20,000 bases of DNA from Chiloscyllium plagiosum. Taxonomy: Eukaryota. Below, piece after piece: positions 10,401-18,582 of this stretch (position 1 is the stretch's first letter; every line of letters starts with the position of its first letter). The stretch spans positions 24,529,554-24,549,553 of the forward strand of contig NC_057720.1 of NCBI RefSeq assembly GCF_004010195.1, in the 5' to 3' direction. A program made the position numbers and the translations under genes. The notes beneath the pieces were generated by a model. The model saw only the letters and a list, made by a program, of their open reading frames with translations. It was not told where the DNA came from and did not search any database.

Positions 10401-13400
10401 GTTGCATGCACATGTGCTCTATACCTTTTGCAAAGTACTGGAATGAATCTGCCTGCATAGAAATACGTGTGCATCCCATACCGTATATTTATCAATGCTA
10501 CATATAGACATGTCACAAAGTTGACTTCACATTTACCAGTTCGGCTTGTAAACATGAAACATACCTGAGTGTACAGCCGATAAGACATGAGTTCAAACTC
10601 CCCATCTGGGGGGATGAAAGATATGGTTCGATCATTTTCAAAACGGGATAAGCGCACACACTGATGAAACTTTACATCTTCCAGTTCCACAGATTTAGTC
10701 TTGTCCCCTTATGTTAAAAGAATAAACAGTTAAAAGTGTAACTGAGGCAAAGTCTTTCCAAGATGAAGTAAGTTGCAGGTGAAAAGTCCAAATGTGGGGC
10801 TTGGGGTCATTAATTGTGAAATGATGGGAATGAAGGGCTTTTATTGATCTAGCATCTTCAGACTACAAATCTTCCCTTTCCCAGTTTTATCTGATCTTGA
10901 TGAAGGCAGTGACTGGCAGCCAACATGTCAAAATTGTTTTACTCTCAAAATCCGTTTTGTGGTTTTATTTTCAATATTGCACAACAGCCATTCTTCAGCT
11001 CTTTCAACGGCAAGTCCAATGTAGCTGAAGGAATTCCAAAAATAAACCTGCTTAGTTTCTTGTAAGGTCAGCTATTGGCTTTTTTACTATGTCTATTTGA
11101 TGGCCTACTGTACAGAATGGTCCACTCAATTTACTATGGAATTACTGCAGGTTTTGAGATCCCCAAACACCAGGAAATGGTGGCACCAACACTGTTGATA
11201 AATATGGCACCATGGAAAAATGAATTAATAGCTAAAACAAATAAACTTTGGAATGTTAACACTGTACTCCACAGGAATAACCAATACACAGTGATTTTAT
11301 TGCTGCAATGACTTATGAATAACACAAAAAAACTTGAAGACCAGCATGATACAATGGGGCTGAGTGACCAAATATCATCTTGAGGAATTGCACAAGGCAA
11401 CATCCAAGATTTCACACAGCAATATATAATTGCATTACATGTCTGTTATTTGTATTTGATCACCTTCAGAGTCTATGCAGAGAAGACAGATCATTTCAGT
11501 CCATCAGTAGGTAAACACAAGTACTGTTCAGCTGAAATGTTGCCAGCGTAGGAGGTAGAACCCTAAGAAATGGGGAGGATGGTAGAACAAGGAGGGGAAG
11601 AGTATCAAATGCCTAGAGTCATCTTTGACAGCATCATTTACAATGTACAGTAGGGAAAGCCAGCTGAGCATGTAAGTTTATCTCTGACCCAGAACTTTGC
11701 AAATGCAAGTTCTTCATTGTGGAAGACACTGTGGTTTTTGTCTTCACCCTTTATTGTGCATTCATGTTAGAGTAAGTTCTGTGTTGTCAGTGGACAGTGA
11801 GTTTCACCAACAAAAAACATCCCTGACTGTGTGATCACATGTGTTTCCTATGTATGCTGCAGTCATTTGAGGTTTGGAAATTGGAATCATACTGGAATTA
11901 GAGTGTGGTTGTGGCACCCACTTCAAATTGTGCCATTGGGGCTGACATGGGGAATGGCATGCCATGATTCAAATTCTACCCAAAAGCTAATGTCTCCCCA
12001 TTTCAGAATCCCATCCACTGTGGTGTATTGGCATTTTGCCATCTGGAACTGCAATAATTAAAATTCATTTCTCATCTGCCGACCTAATCATAATAGCAGC
12101 TTCCATTGTTCTATTTGTTTAATTGTTTCCTGCATCAGTTTTGCCTTCTTGCCCAACATTTTCCAAGTTAGCAACAGTCTGATGTCAAAATCTTACAAGT
12201 CCCATTGAAAAACATTTTTACTGGAAAGAAAGGTAAAGTTGCTATAGTCCTAGAGGACCATTAGGCTGTTCTCTCATTAAAATGAGAGACAACTGGTAAT
12301 GAGTTTAACCTGAGGGTCACCACATGTCAGGCGAAGGGTGAGTTTGAGAGGTGGGACCTTCAAGGTAATATCAGGAATTGAGCCGACATTGTTGGCATCA
12401 CTTGTACCGCAAACTAGCTGTCCAGCCAACTGAGCTAACTGACCCCCATACAGAAAGGAGACACCATGCAATGTTTGTATTTATCAGAAGGTATAAATCT
12501 CACCCAACTCTAGCCAGAACAATATATTCACGTTTACAAATGATACCAACATTTGATATAACCTGGATTTGCACTAATCGAGAAGTGAACACGGGAAGAA
12601 AGAAAATGCCGCCAATGTAGAATGAACACTGTATTTCCTTCTGTTTCCTGTGTCAGCATCAAATGTCATTTAGTCAGGTGTAGCAGTCGTTTGTATCACA
12701 GAAAAAGTCCCTCCACACGGCCCACCATCACCTAACCCTAAACAGAGAAAGGCATCCTTTGATTAACACTTCTATTTCCCCTACGAGCCATCCTATTATT
12801 GGGGCAGAGGGGGAAGAGAGAGTGCAGACATAATCTGTTGAATGGTCACCTTTGGTGCTGTAAATAATTCTTTGATTAAGAGGCATCATTCAATCAGCCA
12901 TGAGCATCTTAAATATCTGGAGTTGTAAATTGTTCTCTGTTTAAGAGGTGTCATTCCATCAGCCATGAGTAGCTCATACCTTACAGGCAGATCTAGGTTT
13001 AAAATAGATGGCTTGATAATATCCCCATTTACTTACGTCCGGAGATCTCAAACAGAACTTTATCGTTAAGACCAAGTCGTAGTTCAGGCATTCCTGACAG
13101 AATGACCTTCAGCTTTACATTTCCAATGATGTCACTTTTCAGGACACTGCCATTCGCACTCACCTGGAGAAACAGAAGGTAATCAGGCAGCACGGAGTAA
13201 ATCAGGATCACTGTTCACACTTACTCACACCCACACCCTGTCAGGTACACAGCAGGTATACACACTAAACCTATCCTGCTGCATCAGGAGTGCTACACAA
13301 TTGAAGGTTAATTGGCCTGTTCCTGTTCCAACTCCAGGACAAACATGTTTTTTGTTTGTATTTCCTCACACCTCACAGCATCCTGGTGAATCTAAAGTCA

Positions 13401-16400
13401 CCTCTGCTGTCACCTTAAAATGCTTCCTATTGTATGAAATCCAAAACTGCAACATCTAAGGTTTGACATAGATTCACCATTATATCTCAATGTTTATATT
13501 AGATACTTCATGCCATCAAACCAATTTAGATCTTTGGACCTCTCCCATGCGTATATGAAGTCATGAGTCTCTCGCTCCCCCACATCACATATTGCAAGTT
13601 CAAGTAATGTACAAATAGATATAGGGCAATGTGAGTCAGCTATTATAGAAGTTGACTTATCTTGAATCCCAAGAAATGTTTGAACAGAGTAAGTAAACAG
13701 AAACAGCTTGCACAAGCAGCAGAAGTTTTGGTTGTGCAAGTTGTTATGATTTGGAAGGCACTGTCTCGAAGATGGTGGAAGCAGATTCAACAGCAAATTT
13801 TATCAAGAATTGGATAACTACTTGAAGGGGGAAACAATGCATAGTTTGGGGAAAATTGTAGTGGGATGATTTACATACCAAAGGATTGGCATAGGTACTA
13901 AACCTGAGACACTTCTTTGCTGCACCACACGGTCAAGTACAAAGCAGATCACTTGAAAAGCACCCCCATCCAACACCTTCAATATTACCTTTCATCACCA
14001 AGGTCACTCACTCAACAGCATCTTCCAAGCCCAAAGCCTCTATCACCTCGACAACAGCAGCAGATGCAAAAAAAAACTATCACTTGCAAACTCCTCTCCA
14101 AGCCATACGTTATCCAGAGTTGTAAACATATTGCTGTTCCTTCATTGACATGCCCAATTCCCTCACTGCAACTGGGGTGAAATTTTGGAACATCTTCCTA
14201 ACAGCACTATTGGTGTACCTATACCACATGGCCTGCAACAATTCAAGAAGGCAGTTCACGACCATATTCTCAAGAGCAATCAGTGATGGGTAAGAAATCC
14301 TAGCCTAGTCAACTACATTACCATCTTGAGAAAGAAAAACAGTCTAGGATTCCAAATAAGACTCAAAGATTACAAAAGGAACTCTAATCATAGAGTTCAT
14401 CGATCATATTAACACTTTAGACATGATTATTTGTATTTGGAAAGTTGAAGAAGGGTGAGACAATTAAAATCTAGACTTTCAAAATTGCAGAAGTAGGCCA
14501 TTCAGTTTCACCATTCAGTGCGATCATGGTTGATCTGATAATCCTCTGCACCACCTATCTGCCTTTTAACAAATAACCCCTGATTCCTTTACTACCTCTC
14601 TCAGCCTTGAACATTTATAATCCAGCATCTTCAACCCAAAAAGTGTTAAAGAATTCCACAGATTCATTATGATCAGAGAAAGAAATCATCTTCAGCTGTG
14701 CCTTACACAGACAGTCCCTTATTCTGAGACCATGCTTTCTGGTCCTTGACTTCCACAAGGGGAAACAGTCTTCCTGCATCTACCCTGTCAACCTCCAAGA
14801 ATCATGTGTGCTTCAATGAGCTGTTTCTCATTCTTTTAAACTGCAATGAGTACAGGCTCAATCTATTCAGCCTCTCATAAGTCAGTCCCTCCGTACCTGG
14901 CAGTAGCCCAGGGAGCTTTCTCTGGACTGCCTCAAAGGCCAATTTGATCAGTGGCCCAAAATCAATCAATATTCCATCTGTGTTCTGACTAGTGCCATAT
15001 ATAGTTACAACCATCATCCCATTTTTATACTCCACTCCCTCTAAAATACAGGACATAATTCTATTTGCATTCCCTACTACCTGCTAAATTTGGATGTTAG
15101 ATTTTTTTGTGAAGCCATAAAATAACAGGACTTTATTTAGCTGGGGACTGCAGACAGTGAGTGTGAGGAGTATCTTGCTGATTTCTCCTGAAATTGAATT
15201 TATTTATGGAGACTTCAGGATCAAGAAGTTTGGTTTTGAAACTAACAAGTACAGTTATGCAAATATTTATCAGACATCTCAACATTGCAGCTCACCACCA
15301 CCTTCCCAAGGACAACTAGGAATAGCCAATAGACAGCGATGGTCACAACCCATGAATATAAAAAAAACTGCGTTGCCATAGAGATGAATTATTTAGGAGA
15401 AACTTATGGAAGAAGAGAAAGAGTTGAGACAGTTTGAGTTTAATTTTAAAACGTAAGTGCCTGTGTTTTCTCTTTCAAATGTACAGTGTGGGTGGTAACC
15501 CCTGATAGTGTTTAGGTAGGAACTTTTTTTCTCTTGTATAGTAAAATCATGGAACCTCTACTCTTTCAATAGATAACAGAAATTTCATATTTCTGTGTAC
15601 ATAGGGATTATAAAAATTGGCTGATGTCACTGTACTCAATGAGCTGTAATAGCACACTGCAGTTTGTAACACTCCTCACTCAAATTTTTCTTTGATAAGT
15701 ATCTAGTTTACTTAGTAACAGATTTTTTTCATTTTTGATGCTTGGCAGGAAAGGGAAGTCCTTTAATGACCCAATGTTCAATTTTCATTTTTGAATATGC
15801 ATCAGCTTATAGAAGATACCTTTTCTGACATATTTGTGGAATCAGAGAGTGCACAGAGAAGGCTATTTGGCTTGTCATGCCTATGCCCCAAGTGAAACTG
15901 TCTCCATCACACACGCAGTAGACAGTTCCAGCATCTTGTAACCCTTTGACTTCTCCACCTCCTGATGCTGCCTGGCTTGCTGTGTTCTTTTAGCCTCCTG
16001 CCTATCTACTTTGGATTCCAGCACCTGCAGATTTTTTTGCCTCCATCACACGCACAGGCAGTACATTTTCAATTCTAACTACTTGTTGAGTGGACAATGT
16101 ATAGATAATGGAAAAGAATCACTTTTGTCAATTCAAAATGACACAAGAAACAGAAACCATTCTTTGAATCACCTTATAACAGGGTTCACTGAGTTGCAGT
16201 CCTTTTGCCAATAGGAACAGTTTCTCCGTATCTACTCTGTCCAGGGCCCTTATGCTTTTGAAAATATCTAACAAGTCCCATCTCACTCTTCGCTTTGGAG
16301 TATAGTCCTGTAACTTAAGTTCCTGTTTCCTATCACCATTTTCTTCCATCTTACCTCATTCTTCCCATCATGTGGTTTCCAGAATTGAATGCACTATTCC

Positions 16401-17104
16401 AATTATGATTTGGAGATGCCGGTGTTGGACTGGGGTGTACAAAGTTAAAAATCACACAATACCAGGTTATAGTCCAACAGGTTTAATTGGAAGTACACTA
16501 GCTTTCGGAGCGACGCTCCTTTCTCAGGTGATAGTGGGGGGTTCAATGAGCCCTCTACTATCACCTGATGAAGGAGCGACGCTCCGAAAGCTAGTGTGCT
16601 TCCAATTAAACCTGTTGGACTATAACCTGGTGTTGTGTGATTTTTAACTATTCCAATTAGGGGTTTTATAAAAGGTTTATCATAAGCTTCTTGTTTTCCA
16701 GGCTACATTTAGGTTCAAAGCAAGCATTTAACTACCAAGAATTCAAACCTATTTTGTACAATCAGAAGCAATGTCATTTGGGGAGCTTTTCATAAAAAAA
16801 AATATATACTGCCACATGAACATTAATTCATTAGAAAAGGATGCTATTTACTACACAGGCTATCGTGATTGTGATTGTGCCCCATCTCTCTGCGCAATAC
16901 TCAATAAATATTGAGATGGCTTGCAAGGTGCCACTATTGCAGTGACGACTGCTTACCAGTAAGTTGACAGATTCGATCAAGTCAATGAATACTTCATTCT
17001 TCCTGTATTTGATGCCCTCTGATCTCCAGGACACCGCATTTGTGAGAGTAGCAGGGGGACGGGGTGCTCCAACTTCCAACTTGTGCCCCTGCTGGATGAT
17101 GTAC
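1407..17104 (-). CDS. ap1m3: AP-1 complex subunit mu (3' part, 8 coding exons equivalent to exons 5-12 of the AP1M1-type structure; 291 aa plus stop in window). Paralogue most likely mu1C/ap1m3
   Basis: Joining 17104-16957, 13163-13037, 10707-10565, 9854-9783, 6672-6514, 5927-5802, 3075-3000 and 1432-1407 gives an uninterrupted frame YIIQQGHKLEVGAPRPPATLTNAVSWRSEGIKYRKNEVFID...LPWVRYITQSGDYQLRTNQ*. All introns are GT-AG. Family call is certain. The paralogue name is an inference from recalled mu1A/mu1B sequences (roughly 0.65). Confidence 0.95.
2140..2365 (+). mobile_element. Possible L1/Tx1-type LINE 3' end remnant
   Basis: AT-rich tract ending tttatgaataaagtaaatttt (AATAAA at 2347-2352); resemblance from memory only. 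Confidence 0.3.
2748..2918 (-). mobile_element. CR1 LINE 3' end fragment
   Basis: agagtcagagtc tail repeat, then ggcccatatccctctaaaccct...cagatgccttttaaatg, parallel to the other CR1 3' ends in the window. Confidence 0.8.
3000..3075 (-). CDS. ap1m3: AP-1 mu exon (76 nt): VRYLKIIEKSGYQALPWVRYITQSG
   Basis: Acceptor aactag|GTA, donor GGAG|gtgagc; contains the W-V-R cargo-binding strand. Confidence 0.97.
3426..3532 (+). mobile_element. Short Penelope-like terminal remnant with degenerate hammerhead motif and 16-bp TSD
   Basis: Similar to the arm at 18491-18582. Flanked by ctgggattacaagcag (3410-3425) and ctgggattataaggag (3533-3548). Confidence 0.7.
3945..4532 (+). mobile_element. CR1 LINE 3' fragment (frameshifted ORF2 C-terminus and 3'UTR)
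   Basis: ORF remnants TLVQHQLEYRLQFWNPH and RFIRMLPGLKRLDRLGLFSLEQRRLRG. Confidence 0.9.
4650..4883 (+). mobile_element. CR1 LINE 3' end, same subfamily as the element at 17493-20000
   Basis: Aligns by eye with the reverse complement of about 17493-17745 (gacatttcttcagcc...gggccgaatggccttacttc...ttatg tail). Confidence 0.9.
5034..5054 (+). repeat. G21 homopolymer
   Basis: 21 consecutive G. Confidence 0.98.
5501..5618. repeat. Pyrimidine-rich minisatellite, about 6 copies of a ~20-nt unit (cccctttccccatcactcct)
   Basis: Units start near 5501, 5521, 5541, 5561, 5581 and 5601; a degenerate copy lies near 5441. Confidence 0.9.
5802..5927 (-). CDS. ap1m3: AP-1 mu exon (126 nt): GGKEYLMRAHFGLPSVESEEQEGKPPITVKFEIPYFTVSGIQ
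   Basis: Read from the reverse complement. Acceptor tgttag|GGT, donor CAG|gtgagc. Confidence 0.97.
6165..6322 (-). mobile_element. CR1 LINE 3' end fragment
   Basis: taggccatttggcccctcaaacctgctcc...atccacctctgctttacaaatattcaa, the reverse complement of a CR1 3'UTR. Confidence 0.75.
6514..6672 (-). CDS. ap1m3: AP-1 mu exon (159 nt): AKSQFKHRSTANNVEILVPVPSDADSPKFKTSTGTAKWVPEKNAVLWSIKSFP
   Basis: Read from the reverse complement. Acceptor attcag|GCT, donor CCT|gtgagt. Confidence 0.97.
7562..8212 (-). mobile_element. CR1 LINE 3' fragment, relatively well preserved
   Basis: ORFs YKTLVRPQLQYCVQFWLPHYQKD..LERVQRK and RGDLIEVYKIMKGIDRVD..WNALPAEVVEA (one frameshift); (aacaaag)n tail. Confidence 0.95.
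8400..9165 (-). mobile_element. Old CR1/L2-group LINE ORF2 C-terminal fragment (second family)
   Basis: Reverse complement shares segments with 13920-14340 (cagcaccttccaaac, catcctgacttggaactatat, aaaatcctggactccct). Confidence 0.7.
9434..9643 (+). mobile_element. tRNA-derived SINE (family with gactttatcttta/acctt tail)
   Basis: B-box gggttcaaatccc; core ggtgaccctcaggtt; homologous to the inverted copy at 12229-12447. Confidence 0.8.
9783..9854 (-). CDS. ap1m3: AP-1 mu exon (72 nt): IKPLIWIESVIEKYSHSRVEIMIK
   Basis: Read from the reverse complement (not in the ORF track). Acceptor ttgcag|ATA, donor AAG|gtaaga. Confidence 0.96.
10080..10200. repeat. Low-complexity (tatgt)n region with a short degenerate duplication (gtgtgcttctg...actctatgtat)
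   Basis: Direct reading. Confidence 0.7.
10565..10707 (-). CDS. ap1m3: AP-1 mu exon (143 nt): RDKTKSVELEDVKFHQCVRLSRFENDRTISFIPPDGEFELMSYRLYTQ
   Basis: Acceptor cataag|GG, donor CAG|gtatgt; FHQCV and ISFIPPDGEFELMSYR motifs. Confidence 0.96.
12229..12447 (-). mobile_element. tRNA-derived SINE, same family as 9434-9643
   Basis: Reverse complement begins ggtcagttagctcagttgg (A-box) ... ggctcaattcc (B-box-like); shared core and tail. Confidence 0.82.
12853..12974. repeat. Two-copy degenerate tandem duplication, period 65 bp
   Basis: 12853-12909 vs 12918-12974, 46/57 identical by manual alignment. Confidence 0.85.
13037..13163 (-). CDS. ap1m3: AP-1 mu exon (127 nt): VSANGSVLKSDIIGNVKLKVILSGMPELRLGLNDKVLFEISG
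   Basis: Acceptor tttctccag|GTG, donor GGAC|gtaagt; LSGMPELRLGLND motif. Confidence 0.97.
13670..13900 (+). mobile_element. Highly decayed CR1 3' fragment
   Basis: tggaaggcactgtct..gatggtggaagcagattca..ttggataactacttgaagggg parallels the CR1 WNALP..VVEA..LD region. Confidence 0.6.
13920..14340 (+). mobile_element. Old CR1/L2-group LINE 3' end (second family)
   Basis: Homologous to 8400-9165; ends ttcaagaaggcagttcacgaccatattctcaag...A-rich tail. Confidence 0.7.
14488..15115 (-). mobile_element. Decayed CR1 3' fragment
   Basis: ORF remnant AFEAVQRKLPGLLPGTEGLTYERLNRLSLYSLQFKRMR; 3' end agaagtaggccattcag. Confidence 0.85.
15285..15368 (+). mobile_element. Short LINE/SINE 3' tail (second family)
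   Basis: gcagctcaccaccaccttcccaaggacaactagg...cccatgaatataaaaaaaa matches the end of 13920-14340. Confidence 0.65.
15919..16040 (+). mobile_element. Short Penelope-like terminal remnant (related family, ribozyme core absent) with 17-bp TSD
   Basis: gatgctgcctggcttgctgtgttcttttagc...tccagcacctgcag resembles the 18361-18582 element. Flanks ctccatcacacacgcag (15902-15918) and ctccatcacacgcacag (16041-16057). Confidence 0.6.
16406..16646. mobile_element. Palindromic Penelope-like terminal element with TSD
   Basis: Arms 16443-16545 and 16547-16649 (103 bp, 8 mismatches). Direct repeat actattccaatta at 16393-16405 and 16647-16659. Confidence 0.8.
16562..16596 (+). ncRNA. Minimal type I hammerhead ribozyme motif
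   Basis: CAC-CUGAUGA-A-GGAGC(gac)GCUCC-GAAA-GC-UA-GUG: intact core, stem II, palindromic AGCU stem III, CAC/GUG stem I; predicted cut after 16593. Confidence 0.72.
16957..17104 (-). CDS. ap1m3: AP-1 mu exon (148 nt): YIIQQGHKLEVGAPRPPATLTNAVSWRSEGIKYRKNEVFIDLIESVNLL
   Basis: Acceptor tttcag|G, donor CTG|gtaagc; conserved mu1 linker and start of the mu-homology domain. Confidence 0.97.
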
Positions 17105-17254
17105 CTGAAAACCATGGGTTAAACACCAAATCCATTAAACAAACAGTGAAACTCTGCCAAAGTAAAAATAAGATGCATTTCAGCCATATTTCTTGGCATG
17201 TTTTAGTAACATGACAGACAAACTCAACCTTTCAACACCTGGCATGGATGTCAT

Positions 17255-17490
17255 ATGGGCTATAGTGTTTCTCTCATTGAACTATTAATCCACAACACGG
17301 CAGTTCAAATACTGCAGCATGGCAGTTGGAGAATTTTATGAATATAAAATAAATACAGATCAAAAAGTTGTTGGGTTCCCATAAAAAAAAAATCCACTGG
17401 TCACAATTAACCTTGAGGAAAAGAAATTCATTGTTCTTACCCAGATTGCATAAGACTCCATTCCATGCCATCATGGCGAAGCAAATCAGT
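17255..17490 (+). mobile_element. Decayed tRNA-derived SINE (SacSINE1/Deu-SINE-like)
   Basis: actattaatccac..gcagttcaaat head, then aaaaatccactggtcac..gaggaaaagaaatt..cttaccc..gactcca core. Confidence 0.55.
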
Positions 17491-18360
17491 CGTAAGACCA
17501 TAAAACCATAAAACATAGCAGTAGAAGTAAGGCCATTCGGCCCATCAAGTCCACTCTCCCATTCAATCAAGGCTGATGGGCATTCCAACTCCACTTACCC
17601 ACATTCTCCCCATAGCCCTTAATTCCTTGTGAGATCAAGAATTTATCAATATCTGCCTTGAAGACATTTAACGTCCCGGCCTCCACTGCACTCCGGGGCA
17701 ATGAATTGCACAGGCCCACCACTCTCTGGCTGAAGAAATGTCTCCTCATTTCTGTTCTAAACTGACCCCCTCTAATTCTAAGGCTGTGCCCACAGGTCCT
17801 AGTCTCCCCACTAAATGGAAACAAATTCCCAACATCCACCCTTTCTAAGCCATGCATTATCTTGTAAGTTTCTATTAGATCTCCTCTCAACCTTCTTAAC
17901 TCGAATGAATACAACCTCAGGATCCTCAGCTGTTCATCGTATGTTAGGCCTACCATTCCAGGGATCATCTGTGTGAATCTCCACTGGACACACTCCAGTG
18001 CCAGTATGTCCTTCCTGAGGTGTGGGGCCCAAAATTGAACACAGTATTCTAAATGGGGTCTAACTAGAGCTTTATAAAGTCTCAGTTGCACATCACTGCT
18101 TATTATATTCCAATCCCCTTGAGATAAATGACAACATTACATTTGCTTTCTGAACCACAGACTCAACCTGCAAGTCAACCTTTAGAGAATCATGAACTAG
18201 CACTCCCAGATCCCTTTGTACTTTGGCTTTATGAATTTCCTCACTGCTTAAATAATAGTCCATGCCTGTATTCTTTTTTTCCCAATATATATTTGCTCAC
18301 GTTGAATTTCATCAGCCATTTCCTAGATCACTCTCCGAAACTGTCTAAATCTTTCTGCAG

Positions 18361-18582
18361 GAGGAGAAAGTGAGGTCTGCGGATGCTGGAGATCAGAGCT
18401 GAAAATGTGTTGCTGGAAAAGCGCAGCAGGTCAGGCAGCATCCAGGGAACAGGAGAATCGACGTTTCGGGCATAAGCCCTTCTTCAGGATTCCTGAAGAA
18501 GAGCTTATGCCCGAAACATCGATTCTCCTGTTCCCTGGATGCTGCCTGACCTGCTGCGCTTTTCCAGCAACACATTTTCAGC
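18361..18582. mobile_element. Palindromic Penelope-like terminal element with perfect 16-bp TSD
   Basis: Arms 18398-18489 and 18491-18582 (92 bp, 2 mismatches). ctaaatctttctgcag at 18345-18360 and 18583-18598. Confidence 0.85.
18454..18493 (-). ncRNA. Minimal type I hammerhead ribozyme motif
   Basis: GGAAUC-CUGAAGA-A-GGGC(uuau)GCCC-GAAA-CG-UC-GAUUCU: intact core, stem II, palindromic ACGU stem III, 6-bp stem I; predicted cut after GUC between 18460 and 18459. Confidence 0.75.

Larger units (their letters stand above)
16150..16700 (-). mobile_element. Decayed CR1 fragment interrupted by the 16406-16646 hairpin insertion
   Basis: ORF remnant RVRWDLLDIFKSIRALDRVDTEKLFLLA; CR1-like sequence resumes after 16659. 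Confidence 0.7.

Noticed and set aside
10708..13036. U12-type intron (cttttaac close to the acceptor)
   Set aside because: The donor is gtaagt, the U2 consensus, not GTATCCTT.
16406..18582. Palindromes as classical MITEs or miRNA genes
   Set aside because: Arms are asymmetric (37-nt overhang), TSDs are long and variable, and hammerhead cores are present, all favouring a retroelement origin. miRNA processing cannot be judged from sequence.
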